Shown: piece after piece, positions 11,275-22,141 of the stretch
How positions within the stretch are numbered: position 1 is the stretch's first letter
Layout of the letters: each line of letters starts with the position of its first letter
Assembly (NCBI GenBank): GCA_963727895.1
Contig: CAVSHT010000004.1
Span: 256,001-320,000, forward strand
Direction: 5' to 3'
From: an uncultured Methanosarcinaceae archaeon
GTDB taxonomy: Archaea > Halobacteriota > Methanosarcinia > Methanosarcinales > Methanosarcinaceae
DNA: 64,000 bases
Program-made: the position numbers and the translations under genes
Notes under the pieces: generated by a model
What the model was told of the DNA's origin: nothing
The model's input: only the letters and a program-made list of their open reading frames with translations
Databases searched by the model: none

Positions 11275-11669
11275 ATTAATCAACTAGTTGGACCATTTCT
11301 ATAATATCCATATATTTTCCTTGGATATTTTGACTTTTGTTCATCATACATTCACATACTTATTTGGACATTTTCACAACAGGATGTATTTATTATATAC
11401 ATAAATAAAAATTTTTAAACCATTGTTTAAGAAATTAAGTCATTTGGATCGTGGTTTCATAGTTATATTACTTATAAAAAGATATTTTCATATTTAATCT
11501 TTTAGAAACCATTATCTTTATAATTATTCCCCTTTTATAAATTATTATTTATAAGTATGTTTATATTTTAGCCGGCTTATTTTAGGATTGTCATACTATG
11601 AATAATCAGCGAGATACTTAAGACAATAGAGGAAGGCTATCCAAACAGCAAATATATGGGGTAAATAAA

Positions 11670-12137
11670 ATGCTGAAAATGAGAAAGATACTAGGAATTT
11701 TGCTGGCATTTTGTTTTGTAATGTCAGTGACAGTTGCGGCAGTAAGTGCAGCTCCGAATAATGCATATAATAATGGTGGGAAGAATACTGGGGATAAAAA
11801 TAATTTGAACCAGCAAAAGAATACTGGGGATAGAAATAATTGGAACCAACAAAAGAATAATTGGGATCGCCAAAAGAATGAGTGGAATCGCCAAAAGAAT
11901 AATTGGGACCAACAAAGGAATAATTGGAACCGCCAAAAGAATGAGTGGAACCACAAGAAGCACGACAAATATTGCAATAATTGGTATAAAATGTACATGG
12001 CGTGGTTGTTAAAATATAACAGCTGGTACGGCAATTATAACAGCTGGTACAGCGGTTATCACAATTTTTACAACAATTATAATAAATTCGAGATTCAGCG
12101 AACGGACCGCTCAAAGCCGCTCAAGAATATAATATAA
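11670..12137 (+). CDS. Secreted Asn/Gln/Trp-rich repeat protein of unknown function
   Basis: Signal peptide MRKILGILLAFCFVMSVTVAAVSA; in-frame 36-bp and 21-bp repeats; GGGG RBS. Confidence 0.8.
   Translation: MLKMRKILGILLAFCFVMSVTVAAVSAAPNNAYNNGGKNTGDKNNLNQQKNTGDRNNWNQQKNNWDRQKNEWNRQKNNWDQQRNNWNRQKNEWNHKKHDKYCNNWYKMYMAWLLKYNSWYGNYNSWYSGYHNFYNNYNKFEIQRTDRSKPLKNII
11781..11963 (+). repeat. Coding tandem repeats: 2 x 36 bp followed by 6 x 21 bp
   Basis: KNTGDKNNLNQQ/KNTGDRNNWNQQ, then NWNQQKN NWDRQKN EWNRQKN NWDQQRN NWNRQKN EWNHKKH (11838-11963). Confidence 0.9.
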
Positions 12138-12178
12138 GGCAGTTTTCGTGGAGGCAGCTACATGGAGTGTAAATATTT

Positions 12179-12240
12179 AAAATTGAGGTCAAAATTAAAG
12201 GTCAGAAATTGAGACAAAAATTAAAGGTCGGAATTGGCTC
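12179..12240. repeat. Five degenerate 11-14-bp direct repeats (iteron-like)
   Basis: AAAATTGAGGTC AAAATTAAAGGTC AGAAATTGAGAC AAAAATTAAAGGTC GGAATTGGCTC. Confidence 0.65.
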
Positions 12241-12614
12241 AACTATCAAATATCCCAAATCAATACGTTTATTTTGATTGTGGTATGAGGTTAAAGAATG
12301 AGAATTAAACCTCAAAGTCGAATCCTGTAATTCCCATTTCAAGCGCTCCCATTTTTGTAATGCCCATGTAATCGGTTAACTCAGCGGGATCAAAGTTTAA
12401 TAGTTCTTTTATTGTTGGTTTTGGCTTTCTAGGTATTTCAACACCTGTTTTTTCAAATATAGCATCTCTCAACTCAGCTTCAGCATTGCACTCAGCTATG
12501 ACTTTATCTCGCTTTGGCATCTTTTTTACTTTATATAGTGATAGACTGAAGCCCTCATGCAGCCGCCAACAATATTTTGCAAGGTATTTCGCACCGCTTT
12601 TTGTGAGTTTATAT

Positions 12615-13471
12615 GGTTCCGTTGCAAAAAATCTTAGAATAAGCCTGTAAATCTATGAATAATGAATAAAAGTTAAAATATTCAAAAAGATATGTCAATA
12701 TTATAGAACTATTCCAAATAATTGATTAATATATTTAGCTTCATTAAGACCAGAGTAATTTAGATTCTTGACTTGTTCTTTTTTAATCATATTCATAGCT
12801 TCAATTCCTTTTAAAGTTTTAATGGCTGTATGAAAAGACTGAAATCCTAACATTGGATTAACTATTCGTTTAATGGATCTATGATCCTGTTCTATAATGT
12901 TATTCAAATATTTGATTTGTCGAATGCCTACGTTTATAGGTAGTATTTTATCATTTTTCAGTTTATCTATAGCAGGTGGATAAGCTGGATTTTTGTCAAC
13001 TGTGATTACTCTTGGAATTTGATTATGATTAGAGTTCAAAGCTTTCTTAAAGAAACGTTTTGCTGCTTTTTTATTTCGTTTTGCACTTAACATGAAATCA
13101 ATTGTATCTCCATTTGAGTCAACTGCTCGGTAAAAATATTTCCATTCACCTTTAACTCTGATATAAGTTTCATCAACTCTCCAAGAGTCGTTTGTTGGTC
13201 TTAAATGCCTTCTGACCTTCTTTTCGATTTCAGGTGAATATTGATGTACCCATCTCATAATGGTTGTATGGTTGACTATTATCCCTCTTTCTGCCATCAT
13301 TTCCTTTAAATTTCTATAACTAAGTGGGTATTTTAAGTACCATCTAACATTCAATAAAATAATTTCACCTACAAAGTGCTTCCATTTAAAGGAATTAGAT
13401 AGCATATCACTATCTTTGATTTCATTTTTATTTTAATTATATCCTTAGCAGATATTTTTTGCAACGGAACC
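12615..13471 (-). mobile_element. IS6-family element (857 bp)
   Basis: Perfect 18-bp TIR GGTTCCGTTGCAAAAAAT; intact transposase; no flanking target duplication. Confidence 0.95.
12701..13405 (-). CDS. IS6-family DDE transposase
   Basis: WRVDETY, ITVDKNPAY and YLNNIIEQDHR motifs. Confidence 0.95.
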   Translation of the reverse strand: MLSNSFKWKHFVGEIILLNVRWYLKYPLSYRNLKEMMAERGIIVNHTTIMRWVHQYSPEIEKKVRRHLRPTNDSWRVDETYIRVKGEWKYFYRAVDSNGDTIDFMLSAKRNKKAAKRFFKKALNSNHNQIPRVITVDKNPAYPPAIDKLKNDKILPINVGIRQIKYLNNIIEQDHRSIKRIVNPMLGFQSFHTAIKTLKGIEAMNMIKKEQVKNLNYSGLNEAKYINQLFGIVL

Positions 13472-13776
13472 AGAATAAGAGTCAGAAGGTAATGGCTTAC
13501 TTTTAAGACCGTAGGTGGAGGAGAAGGTATGTTTCTGCGGCTAATATCCTCGTTTTTTCTCTCTGATTCAATTTCGTTCCGGTATATACTCATTTAAAAC
13601 CTCATAGCCAGATCATTTTTATTCCAAAATTTAGTCCAACTTTTTTACGAACATTTTATCAGGTATGTTTTTGGGCATTCATTTATTTAAATACTCTATT
13701 TATACTGACTGAAAAGATCAATGTTATTAAGTAAAATTCCACAGCCTTTAATTATTATAAAGAAAAATCCATTTCT

Positions 13777-14049
13777 ATGATAGAAACTTTATATCTTCTT
13801 TTCCCTATTATTTATGCTCTCATTAATGCAGCTTCTTATGCTCTGTATGGAATAGATAAATTCAAGGCAAAAAAGGATAAGTGGAGAATCTCCGAATCAA
13901 GCCTTTTGATTGCTTCTTTTTTTGGACCGATTGGTGCATTGCTCGGGATGCAGCATTTCAGGCACAAGACCCAGAAGCCTATGTTTAAATTTCTTGTACC
14001 TATGTTTACAGGAATTCATCTGCTGTTAATACTCTGGATAAATCTTTAA
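13777..14049 (+). CDS. DUF1294 family membrane protein
   Basis: LYGIDKFKAKKDKWRISE and FRHKTQK motifs. Confidence 0.9.
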   Translation: MIETLYLLFPIIYALINAASYALYGIDKFKAKKDKWRISESSLLIASFFGPIGALLGMQHFRHKTQKPMFKFLVPMFTGIHLLLILWINL

Positions 14050-14141
14050 AAATCTCCGAACTCTGAATTAATCTCTGAACTAAAACAATTTTTACAGGGC
14101 TAATAAATTACAAAAAAATATGAAGAAAATTAGAATTATCA

Positions 14142-14212
14142 GATGAAAATAGATATGAAAATGAGAATAGATATAAAAAGAAAAAGATGAGAATAGATAT
14201 AAAAAGAAAAAA
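14142..14212. repeat. Intergenic ~26-bp tandem repeat
   Basis: ATGAGAATAGATATAAAAAGAAAAA twice, preceded by a degenerate GATGAAAATAGATAT. Confidence 0.7.
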
Positions 14213-14274
14213 GGTTTAAGAATTTTTATACGTTGATTTGATCAAGGTTCTTTCAGGCTTCTTTTAGGCTAGAG

Positions 14275-14559
14275 TTATTTAGATAGCTCCTCTTCTACCT
14301 CTTTAGCTCCAGCCTCAAGTTCCTGTTTATGTTGAGGGTCGAATTGGAGTAGGAGGGCCTGAAACTCTCCTATGTGTGTTTTTTCTTCTTTTGCTATATC
14401 CAGCAGTACAGATTTTATATTTTCGTTTTTTGTCAAGTTTGCCATCTGCTCATAAAGGTTTACAGCGTCAAGCTCAGCAATTATTGCGGCTCTGAGAATT
14501 TCGTTATCAATATCTTCTTCAGATACACTTGAAAGCTCTAAAGGTATTTTGGATAACAA
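14275..14559 (-). CDS. Small ferritin-like (rubrerythrin/Flp-type) protein
   Basis: AELDAVNLYEQ and EEKTHIGE di-iron motifs; TTG start with AGGGGG RBS. Confidence 0.88.
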   Translation of the reverse strand: MLSKIPLELSSVSEEDIDNEILRAAIIAELDAVNLYEQMANLTKNENIKSVLLDIAKEEKTHIGEFQALLLQFDPQHKQELEAGAKEVEEELSK

Positions 14560-14694
14560 CTTATTCCCCCTACAAGTTATATGTGCTTAAGTTATATGAT
14601 TTTAAAAATAAATAATTTTATTAAATTATGGCAATTTCTAATATATCTAATTTTACTCCTTTAGTTTCCCACCATTTTTCCCATAATTTACCTG

Positions 14695-14737
14695 AAATTA
14701 TCTGTCATAAATTATCTGTCATAAATCATCTGTCATC
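14695..14737. repeat. 14-bp tandem repeat x3
   Basis: AAATTATCTGTCAT AAATTATCTGTCAT AAATCATCTGTCAT. Confidence 0.75.
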
Positions 14738-14980
14738 TGAGAGTCTCTGCAATCTCAAAAAGTTCTCTTTCAGCTTCAGGTCTAGCATAGCCTTGCCCTT
14801 TCCAGCGGATAATTCCATTTTTGTCCAGCAAAAAGACATATGTAAGGTTGGTATTCTCCATCCCAAGAATTTTTTGATATCCGGAGTAATCACCATAAAA
14901 AGTAACCACATTGTCGTGTTTCTCTACTGGAATTCCACTTCTCATACCTGGGTCAATTACCCAGGGAATGACCTTCCAAG
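14733..14980 (-). pseudogene. 3' fragment of an ATP10-like/thioredoxin-fold protein, truncated by IS1
   Basis: VIDPGMRSGIP...YVFLLDKNGIIRWKGQG; the track's ATG (14999) lies inside the IS1 end. Confidence 0.6.
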
Positions 14981-15719
14981 GGCATTGATACTTAAACATA
15001 GTTATATACTATTAGAAAGTATATTTCTTCATTAACTGCCCCAGATGCAATAGTTCCAGTCACAAAAAGAACGGTATAGTTGGTGGGCGTCAACGCTACA
15101 AATGCCATGATTGTGGATATAACTATACAGTAGAGCTAAAATCGACTGCTTTTTCCGCCTCTGTTAATAGACAGGCTTTACAACTTTACCTTGAAGAATT
15201 GGGCTTTCGCTCAATAGGGCGGTTTTTAGGGGTGAGTCATGTTTCTGTCCAAAGATGGATAAAGAAATTTGGTAAGGAGTTAGAGGACCTAAAAAGTGAA
15301 AATGAGATATCTATTGTTGAAATGGATGAGATGCACACTTACATCGGTAACAAAAAAATATTGCTGGATCTGGATTGCTGTTGATAGAGTTGGGAAAAAG
15401 TTCATCAACTGCTCTTTTGGTAGCAGAGGAACGAAAACTGGAAAACTACTCTAGGAAAAAATGAAGAAAAAAGAGATTGGAGAAGTGATGACTGATCACT
15501 GGAGGGCATATGCAGAGTTTCTTCCAGAAAAGATCCATACTCAATCAAAAGCAGAAACATTTACAGTTAAGGGATATAACAGCATATTGAGGCACTTTTT
15601 GGCAAGGTTGAGAAGAAAGACAAAGTGTTATACGAAGAGTCTTGAAATGCTAAAGTACTCGGTTATTCTATTGATGAAATAAAGAAATAAAGAACTAGAT
15701 ATAGTTAAGTAACAATGCC
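14981..15719 (+). mobile_element. IS1-family element, inactive copy
   Basis: Ends GGCATTGATAC...AACAATGCC; ATT instead of ATG, A7 at the frameshift site, internal TAG; no target duplication. Confidence 0.93.
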
Positions 15720-17306
15720 CTAAAAAGATATGATGATGCCTTAGAGGCTTTTGATACATCAATTAATATTGACCAAGATAATGCTTTTTCATGGAATGGC
15801 AAAGGCCTTGTTTTATTAAACCTTCAGAAATACACTGATGCTATTGAAGCTTACAAAACTGCACTCAGTAAGAATGCAATCAAAGAAAAACCAGATATTA
15901 AAGAGCTTACTTTTTCGTTGAATGGGAAAGGTGTTGCTTTTGCAAGTTTGGGGCAATTTAATAAATCTATAGAGGCTTTTAATGAGTCATTAAATCTAGA
16001 TGATCCAAAACCAGCTTTTGCCTTATCTGGTAAGGCTACTGTTTATTATACTATTGGAAAACTTGAAGAAGCCTTAAATCTTTTCGAAGATTCTTTAAAG
16101 TTTGATCCAACTTCCAGCTTCGCATGGAATGAAAAGGGTCTAGTTCTTTTAAGTCTTAAGCAATTTGATACCGCTATAGAGTCGTTTAAAAAATCAATTT
16201 TTTATGATTGTGACTTTATTCCTGCGCATAATAACTTGACAGAACTTTATCTGGCTATTGGTGACTTAAAAAATGCTAGTTCAACATTAGATGATGTTTC
16301 ATTTAAAGATACTATAAATGATTCCACTTTGTTGTTAAAAGGAAGAGTTGAACTTGAAAAACAAAACTATGATAATGCTATCCATTATTTTAAAGAAGCA
16401 ATTTCATTGAGTACTGGTAGTCCATTAATCTTAATATGGGAAGTTTATGCCAAATACCTCAAGGCAGAAGTTAGCTTTGATCCTAACGATAAAAAGTATC
16501 AAGATTTAATTCTTTCATGCATAAGAGATCTCGAAAAAATAAGTACTTCCATAGGAGATCTCGAAAAAACGAGCACATCTATTTGTTTAAACGGTACAAC
16601 TGAATGTTTAAATTTAAAAAGATACGAGAAAATGAGAAAAAAGTTGTTGATGAGCACACAATCCTTTTTAGTTAAACGTAAATTTAATTCAAATATTTCA
16701 ATTAAATTATTAGCAAAAGTAACTTATGAACTCTTGGGATATAATACATTAAAGATTGAATCATATAATAGTTATTTTTTAGGTTGCTTCTATTATAAGC
16801 TCAAAGATTATTTTTCAGCAAAGGATGAACTCACAAATTGTAGAAAACTCAATTTTGAACCTAAGGTAACTAACTCTGCAAAACAGTTACTTGAAGAAAT
16901 TTGGAATCACAAAATAGACACTTCAATACCAAAGTGGTGGTTGGAGTCACCTTCCCACAGTTTTAGAAGAAAGATTACATTTTTCTTTTTATTATTTTCT
17001 ATTTTTGGATTATTACTACCAGAATCCTCATTTTTATTTCTTTTGATTTTGTATAACTATACTACAAAAATATTAATGCTTTTTCAACCAATTTATAAAC
17101 TGCTTAATTCAATTTTGCTAATTATATTCTCTCTTTTTTTTACTGCATTCTCGTTTATTGACTGGAAGGATAACACAACGCAATATGCATTCTTATTTAT
17201 GTTACTCTTCTTTTTCTTGGTTTCTCCATGTCTTAAGAGTTTAAAAGGGAGTGAAATTGAGATTGAATTACAATCTCCACAAAATTTTGAACGAACTCAG
17301 GATTGA
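15720..17306 (+). pseudogene. TPR-repeat protein with C-terminal membrane helices, 5'-truncated by IS1
   Basis: Frame is open from the IS1 edge (LKRYDDALEAFD...AFSWNGKGLVL) into ORF 15918-17306; multiple TPRs; no start codon at the junction. Confidence 0.8.
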
Positions 17307-17437
17307 TAGAGAGAAATCTTAAAGATTTCGAGAAAGGTTTGAAGAGATGAACTAAGTTGGAGAATTTTTTGAATGATTAATATTCAAGTTCAATTTTACC
17401 TAATAACTAATTCAACATGACAGTTATTTAGGTAACT

Positions 17438-17806
17438 ATGAAAATCCTTCAAACACTTTCCCGTCTCTACATAAACGACCTGAACTCTGCCCTTGAGTTT
17501 TATGAAGAACTTCTCGGCTCGTCCCCAGCCATGCGCTTTGAAATTCCGCAAATCGGGCTTGAACTAGCTCAAATAGAAAATATTTTGCTAATAGCCGGCT
17601 CGGATGAAGCTCTAAAACCTTTTCGAATCACGCAGGCTACTTTTCTTGTCGATTCTCTTGACGAATTCAAGGCTTATCTGGAAGAAAAAGGTGCAGAAAT
17701 AATCCGGGGTCCAGATAAGGTCCCAACCGGCAGAAACATGACAGTAAAGCATCCTGATGGCTCGGTAATAGAATACGTGGAACATTCAAGTCGGCCTGAA
17801 AAATAA
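17438..17806 (+). CDS. VOC/glyoxalase family protein
   Basis: DLNSALEFYEELLG and KHPDGSVIEYVE motifs. Confidence 0.88.
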   Translation: MKILQTLSRLYINDLNSALEFYEELLGSSPAMRFEIPQIGLELAQIENILLIAGSDEALKPFRITQATFLVDSLDEFKAYLEEKGAEIIRGPDKVPTGRNMTVKHPDGSVIEYVEHSSRPEK

Positions 17807-17959
17807 AGAAACAGTTAATATATAAATTATTGATTTAATCTGTATAATAGCAAATTCTATTCATTTAACAATGGTTGGTTCAAGTTTTGGTTCAAATTTG
17901 ATCTCATTCTGAGCTAAAAGGGCTAGATAAAGTTTCTAGGGGGGCTAGTTCTGAAAATC

Positions 17960-19474
17960 ATGTTTATCGGAGATTTTTCTAACAGGTGGAGGTTCAGTGC
18001 TGCATTTGTTGTTGTCTTATTTCTGTTTTCAACAAGTTTAGGAAGTGAAAAAGTTATTTGTGTAGATCCAGGAAATTCTATTCAGGCTGCTGTAAATAAT
18101 TCCACGTCTGGAGATCTTATCATTGTTAAAGCCGGAGAATATCAAGAAAACGTTGTTGTCAACGTTTCAGGGATAAAAATCAGTTCTGAATTTGATAACC
18201 CCGAAAATGTGCTTGTAAAAGCAAGAGATCTAAATTCCAGTGTTTTTCAGGTAAAAGCCAATAATGTAACAATAAGCGGCTTCAGCATAACTAGACCAAT
18301 GAAAATATCCAGCCTGATTAATGTTTCAAGTTCTGCAAACTCTTCTTTTATGGACAATAATTCAAGTAATCTCGTTAATTCAAGTGATTTCGGAGATTTA
18401 AATCTGAATAAAACCTATAATTATGGATCTTCTAATTCCGTATCTTCTAATTCCGGATCGAATTCACATTTCAAATGGAATGGAATTGGTTGTCCGCCAG
18501 CAGGAATTTGTCTTGAGCAGGTTAACAACTGCACAATTGAAAATAACAGGATTTTCGAAAACCGGTATGGAGCCTATCTACAGAACTCCAGAAACAATAC
18601 ACTCTTAAATAACACACTCCCTCGAAACAATATCTGGCTTGATGAAGGATGTGGAGATAATGTATTGGTAAACAATACTATCGAAGAAAGTAATATCGTG
18701 ATTGGGGCTCACTGCTGGGACAATATAATATTTCAAAATATGCTTTCTAACGGAGAAGGGATAAGTATTGCTTGTTGTGGTGGAAACAATCTCGTATCAA
18801 GAAATGAAATCATAAACTGCACTACCGGCATCGATATCTATGACGTTCAGGCACGAACTGTTTTGTGTGATAACATGATTTCAGACTGCGAAAAAGGAAT
18901 CTATTTAACTTTCGTTTTTGACTCCAGAGTTTATAACAATACAATCTCAAAAGGCAATACAGGCATTATTCTAAAAGAAGAATGTAACAAAAACGAGTTG
19001 TCCAATAATAAAATAACAGCGACTAATGAATCAGGCATTTATTTACTGGACTACAGTGCAGGTAATCGAATTTATAACAACTACTTCAACAATAGCATAA
19101 ATGTAAAAATAGAAAACGCAGAAGGAAACACCTGGAATACTACACAGTCGCCTGGAACAAATATAGTTGGAGGACAAAACCTTGGAGGGAATTTCTGGGC
19201 TAATCTGGAAGGGACCGACTTTTCTCAGGTCTCAAACGATTCAAATTCTGATGGAATCTGCGACTTTCCTTTCAAAATTAACGGAAGTGAAATTGATTAT
19301 CTCCCGCTTGCTAAACCTCCTTCTATAACAGAGGAAAATCTTACGGTCACAATTGGATTACCTGAAACAAACAATAATACTCTTAACATTTCCATGGGAA
19401 TCAATAGAAATACCCAATTGAACACTCTCTATCCTGTAAATCGACAAGACAATCAAGCAAGTCCCAGATTTTGA
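17960..19474 (+). CDS. NosD/CASH beta-helix cell-surface protein
   Basis: Signal peptide; SIQAAVN, IYNNYFNN and GTNIVGGQNLGGNFWA...DGICD...DYLPL motifs of Methanosarcina surface proteins. Confidence 0.88.
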   Translation: MFIGDFSNRWRFSAAFVVVLFLFSTSLGSEKVICVDPGNSIQAAVNNSTSGDLIIVKAGEYQENVVVNVSGIKISSEFDNPENVLVKARDLNSSVFQVKANNVTISGFSITRPMKISSLINVSSSANSSFMDNNSSNLVNSSDFGDLNLNKTYNYGSSNSVSSNSGSNSHFKWNGIGCPPAGICLEQVNNCTIENNRIFENRYGAYLQNSRNNTLLNNTLPRNNIWLDEGCGDNVLVNNTIEESNIVIGAHCWDNIIFQNMLSNGEGISIACCGGNNLVSRNEIINCTTGIDIYDVQARTVLCDNMISDCEKGIYLTFVFDSRVYNNTISKGNTGIILKEECNKNELSNNKITATNESGIYLLDYSAGNRIYNNYFNNSINVKIENAEGNTWNTTQSPGTNIVGGQNLGGNFWANLEGTDFSQVSNDSNSDGICDFPFKINGSEIDYLPLAKPPSITEENLTVTIGLPETNNNTLNISMGINRNTQLNTLYPVNRQDNQASPRF

Positions 19475-19699
19475 AGTTCTTAACCTTGGATGCTCCCTGT
19501 TTAATTAGTTGACGTTTTTGAGACTTCTGTAGTTTAACAACTCTGCAAATTTCCATTTCTTTTTAGTAATTCTATACACTCTTATGCAGATGTTTTGTTT
19601 TCCAAACTTCCATTTTTCATTTCTTTTGCTAATCTTCTATGCTCTCTGCAAAAGTTAAAATAAGTACAGTAAAGTCTCATTTGATTGAATAGTCCTCTA

Positions 19700-20474
19700 A
19701 ATTTCTTTGAAAATCCTATTGTTTTTCTTGAAATTCTATTATTGTCCTGTCTAAAAGTCAAGTTCTGTCTTTCAAGTAAACTTGTTGATACTTTACTTTG
19801 ATCTATATTCTGACCAAAAACAATCCTTTTTCTATTTTTTGAAGCCTCATTCCTTTCCTATTTTTGGCAACCTGAGCATATTTCAAATCATTATCAAGTA
19901 CTATTTTTGGTTTATTAGGTCTTCCTCACGTTCCTGTTTTTGGAAACTCCATATATTTACCGTATTTTTTTCAAAAGAGATTCAGCATAGAATTTTAGTC
20001 CATCTGTAACGAAAAGAGGCTTTGGATCTGAAAGATGTTTATCTGTAGTTTGTATCAATTCGTCAGCCACATACTGTTTTCAGGGTCCCAGTACAAAATC
20101 AATAATTAAACCTGGATTCAGGAGCAAAACTCACTCACATCCATGTTCTGTCATCTTCACTTTCTGTTACTAACTGTAGATGGTTGAACTTCCAATAACT
20201 CAGCTATGGATTGTATTGACATTCCCTTGATAGCCATCTTTAAGGCTAATATGACAACAGATTCATCTTTTCGAACATTATCAAAGAAAGTGTTTGTACG
20301 ATCGTTGAATACTTTGCCGCATTCGTGGCAGATATATTTTAGAACTCTCTTGTTCTTGATTTGATAGATACAGTTGCCTATGGTATTTCCTTTCCCAAAA
20401 ATACCGTAGAATTTGCAATCTTGATTAGGACAAGAAATATCAGTAAACTTTGGTTTTGCTCCTCGTTTCCCCAT
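19700..20474 (-). mobile_element. Decayed IS1-type transposase of a second, larger family
   Basis: Zinc finger CPNQDC...YICHECG plus HTH, then fragments LFVTDGLKFY, LKYAQV and STSLLERQNLTFRQDNNRISRKTIGFSKK with stops and frameshifts; ends not resolved. Confidence 0.8.
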
Positions 20475-20766
20475 TAATATCATTATATAGATCTAATATA
20501 TAATACAACTGAATATAAATTGAGCACTTTGATTTTTAAAATTTTAATTTTAAAATATTTCAACAGAATATACTGTATTTGAAAAATAAAATTATTTACC
20601 GCATACAAAAATAAGACTTTAAATTTACAGTAAATTCGCAACATTGAATAAAAAAGAGAAACAGAAAGAGATATAGTTAACAATTAAAAATCTCAATTTC
20701 AGTTGCTCTTTCTAAGAGTGATCTTTCCAAAGTTGCTTTTTTGAGACATATTGTTTTTAAGACATC

Positions 20767-21914
20767 TTACATAGCTTTCCTGTAAATCTCAATAATATCT
20801 TCCTTTGAAAGTTCTCTTGGGTTTGTCAGTCGGCAAACATCCTGCATCGCATTTTTAGCAAGGAGTTCAAGGTCTTCTTCTTTTGCGCCAAGCTCTTTTA
20901 ATCCTGAAGGAATTCCAATATCAGATGCAAGCTTTTTGATCGCGTTTATAGCTTTATCTGCGGCTTCTTCTACACTTAGCCCCTCTATATTTTCCCCCAT
21001 TGTCCTCGCAATATCAGCAAAGCGTTCAGGGGCAACCTGCTTGTTGTATGCTTCCACATACGGGAGAAGAATCGCATTGCAAACCCCATGTGGAAGGTCG
21101 TAAAGCCCACCTAGCTGGTGTGCCATAGAATGCACATATCCGAGGCTTGAATTATTGAATGCAATTCCTGCAAGATATTCAGCATGTGCCATCATATCCC
21201 CGGTTTTCACGTCTTCGCCATGAGCAACAGCTTCACGCAAATATTTTGAGATAAGTTCTATGGACTTGATAGCAGCTGCATCCGTGGTAGGTGTATCCAT
21301 AGTAGAGACATAAGCTTCAACTGCATGAGTTAAGGCATCCATACCGGTTGCAGCCGTAAGTGCAGGAGGCATACTTACCATGAGTTCAGGATCATTAACT
21401 GCAATATCAGGAGTAATGCGGGGATCTACAATTGCCATCTTGATATGCCGCTTTGTATCCGTAATAATCGTAAAACTTGTCATCTCACTTGCAGTGCCAG
21501 CAGTCGTATTTACTGTAATTAGTGGAGGAATTCCCTTAGTAACTTTCCCGACGCCCTCATAATCATTAATCAACCCACCGTTATACACTATAATACCAAT
21601 TGCTTTTGCACAGTCCATCGGACTCCCGCCTCCGACAGCAATTATCATATTGCAGTTTTCTTTTCTGTAGATATCAGCTCCTTCCATAACTGAAGTATCT
21701 GTAGGATTTGGTTCTGCTCCCGGAAAGATTGTACCTTCCAGACAATCTTTTTCAAGAATTGTAAAATGTCCTGTGCAAGATTTTCCCCATGCTTGCTTTT
21801 ACCGGAAACTATCAGGGCTTTTGTAGCTCCAAGTACTTTTGCATGCTTGCCGATTTCTTTTACACAACCAGCCCCCATAAGGGCTACTTTTGGGTTCAGA
21901 TATGTATATGTCAT
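20767..21914 (-). pseudogene. Iron-containing alcohol dehydrogenase, frameshifted near 21765
   Basis: GGGSPMD, TTAGTASE, DALTHAVE, HSMAH and HGVCNA motifs; N-terminus MTYTYLNPKVALMGAG is in a different frame. Confidence 0.88.
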
Positions 21915-22141
21915 GAGGCTCAAGTTCCATTACAGTTGTTATAATATCCAGTAATATATTATTAAATCCATAACTCTGAATAGAAATGTCTTTCCATTCA
22001 ACTAATAAAGTTTTACTCAAAAAGGAATTTTTGAAAGCAGCAGATAGAGCTTAGAAACATAAAAAGAAATTATTAACATTAATAGTAGTTACTTTTTCCA
22101 AACGCACAGGTATTTAATAAATCAAACATAATCGAATATAT

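Larger units (their letters stand above)
12305..13593 (-). pseudogene. Putative winged-helix protein gene interrupted by IS6
   Basis: 5' part MSIYRNE...LLTLIL (13593-13472) runs into the IS6; the 3' part resumes at 12613 with YKLTKSGAKYLAKYCWRL..., in frame with ORF 12305-12520; YxLTxxG is a typical wing motif. Confidence 0.5.

Noticed and set aside
11781..11963. Possible CRISPR array
   Set aside because: Units are contiguous, in frame and lack unique spacers; no cas genes.
11596..12114. Three reverse-strand repetitive ORFs over the repeat protein
   Set aside because: By-products of the 21-bp repeat; only the + frame has a signal peptide and RBS.
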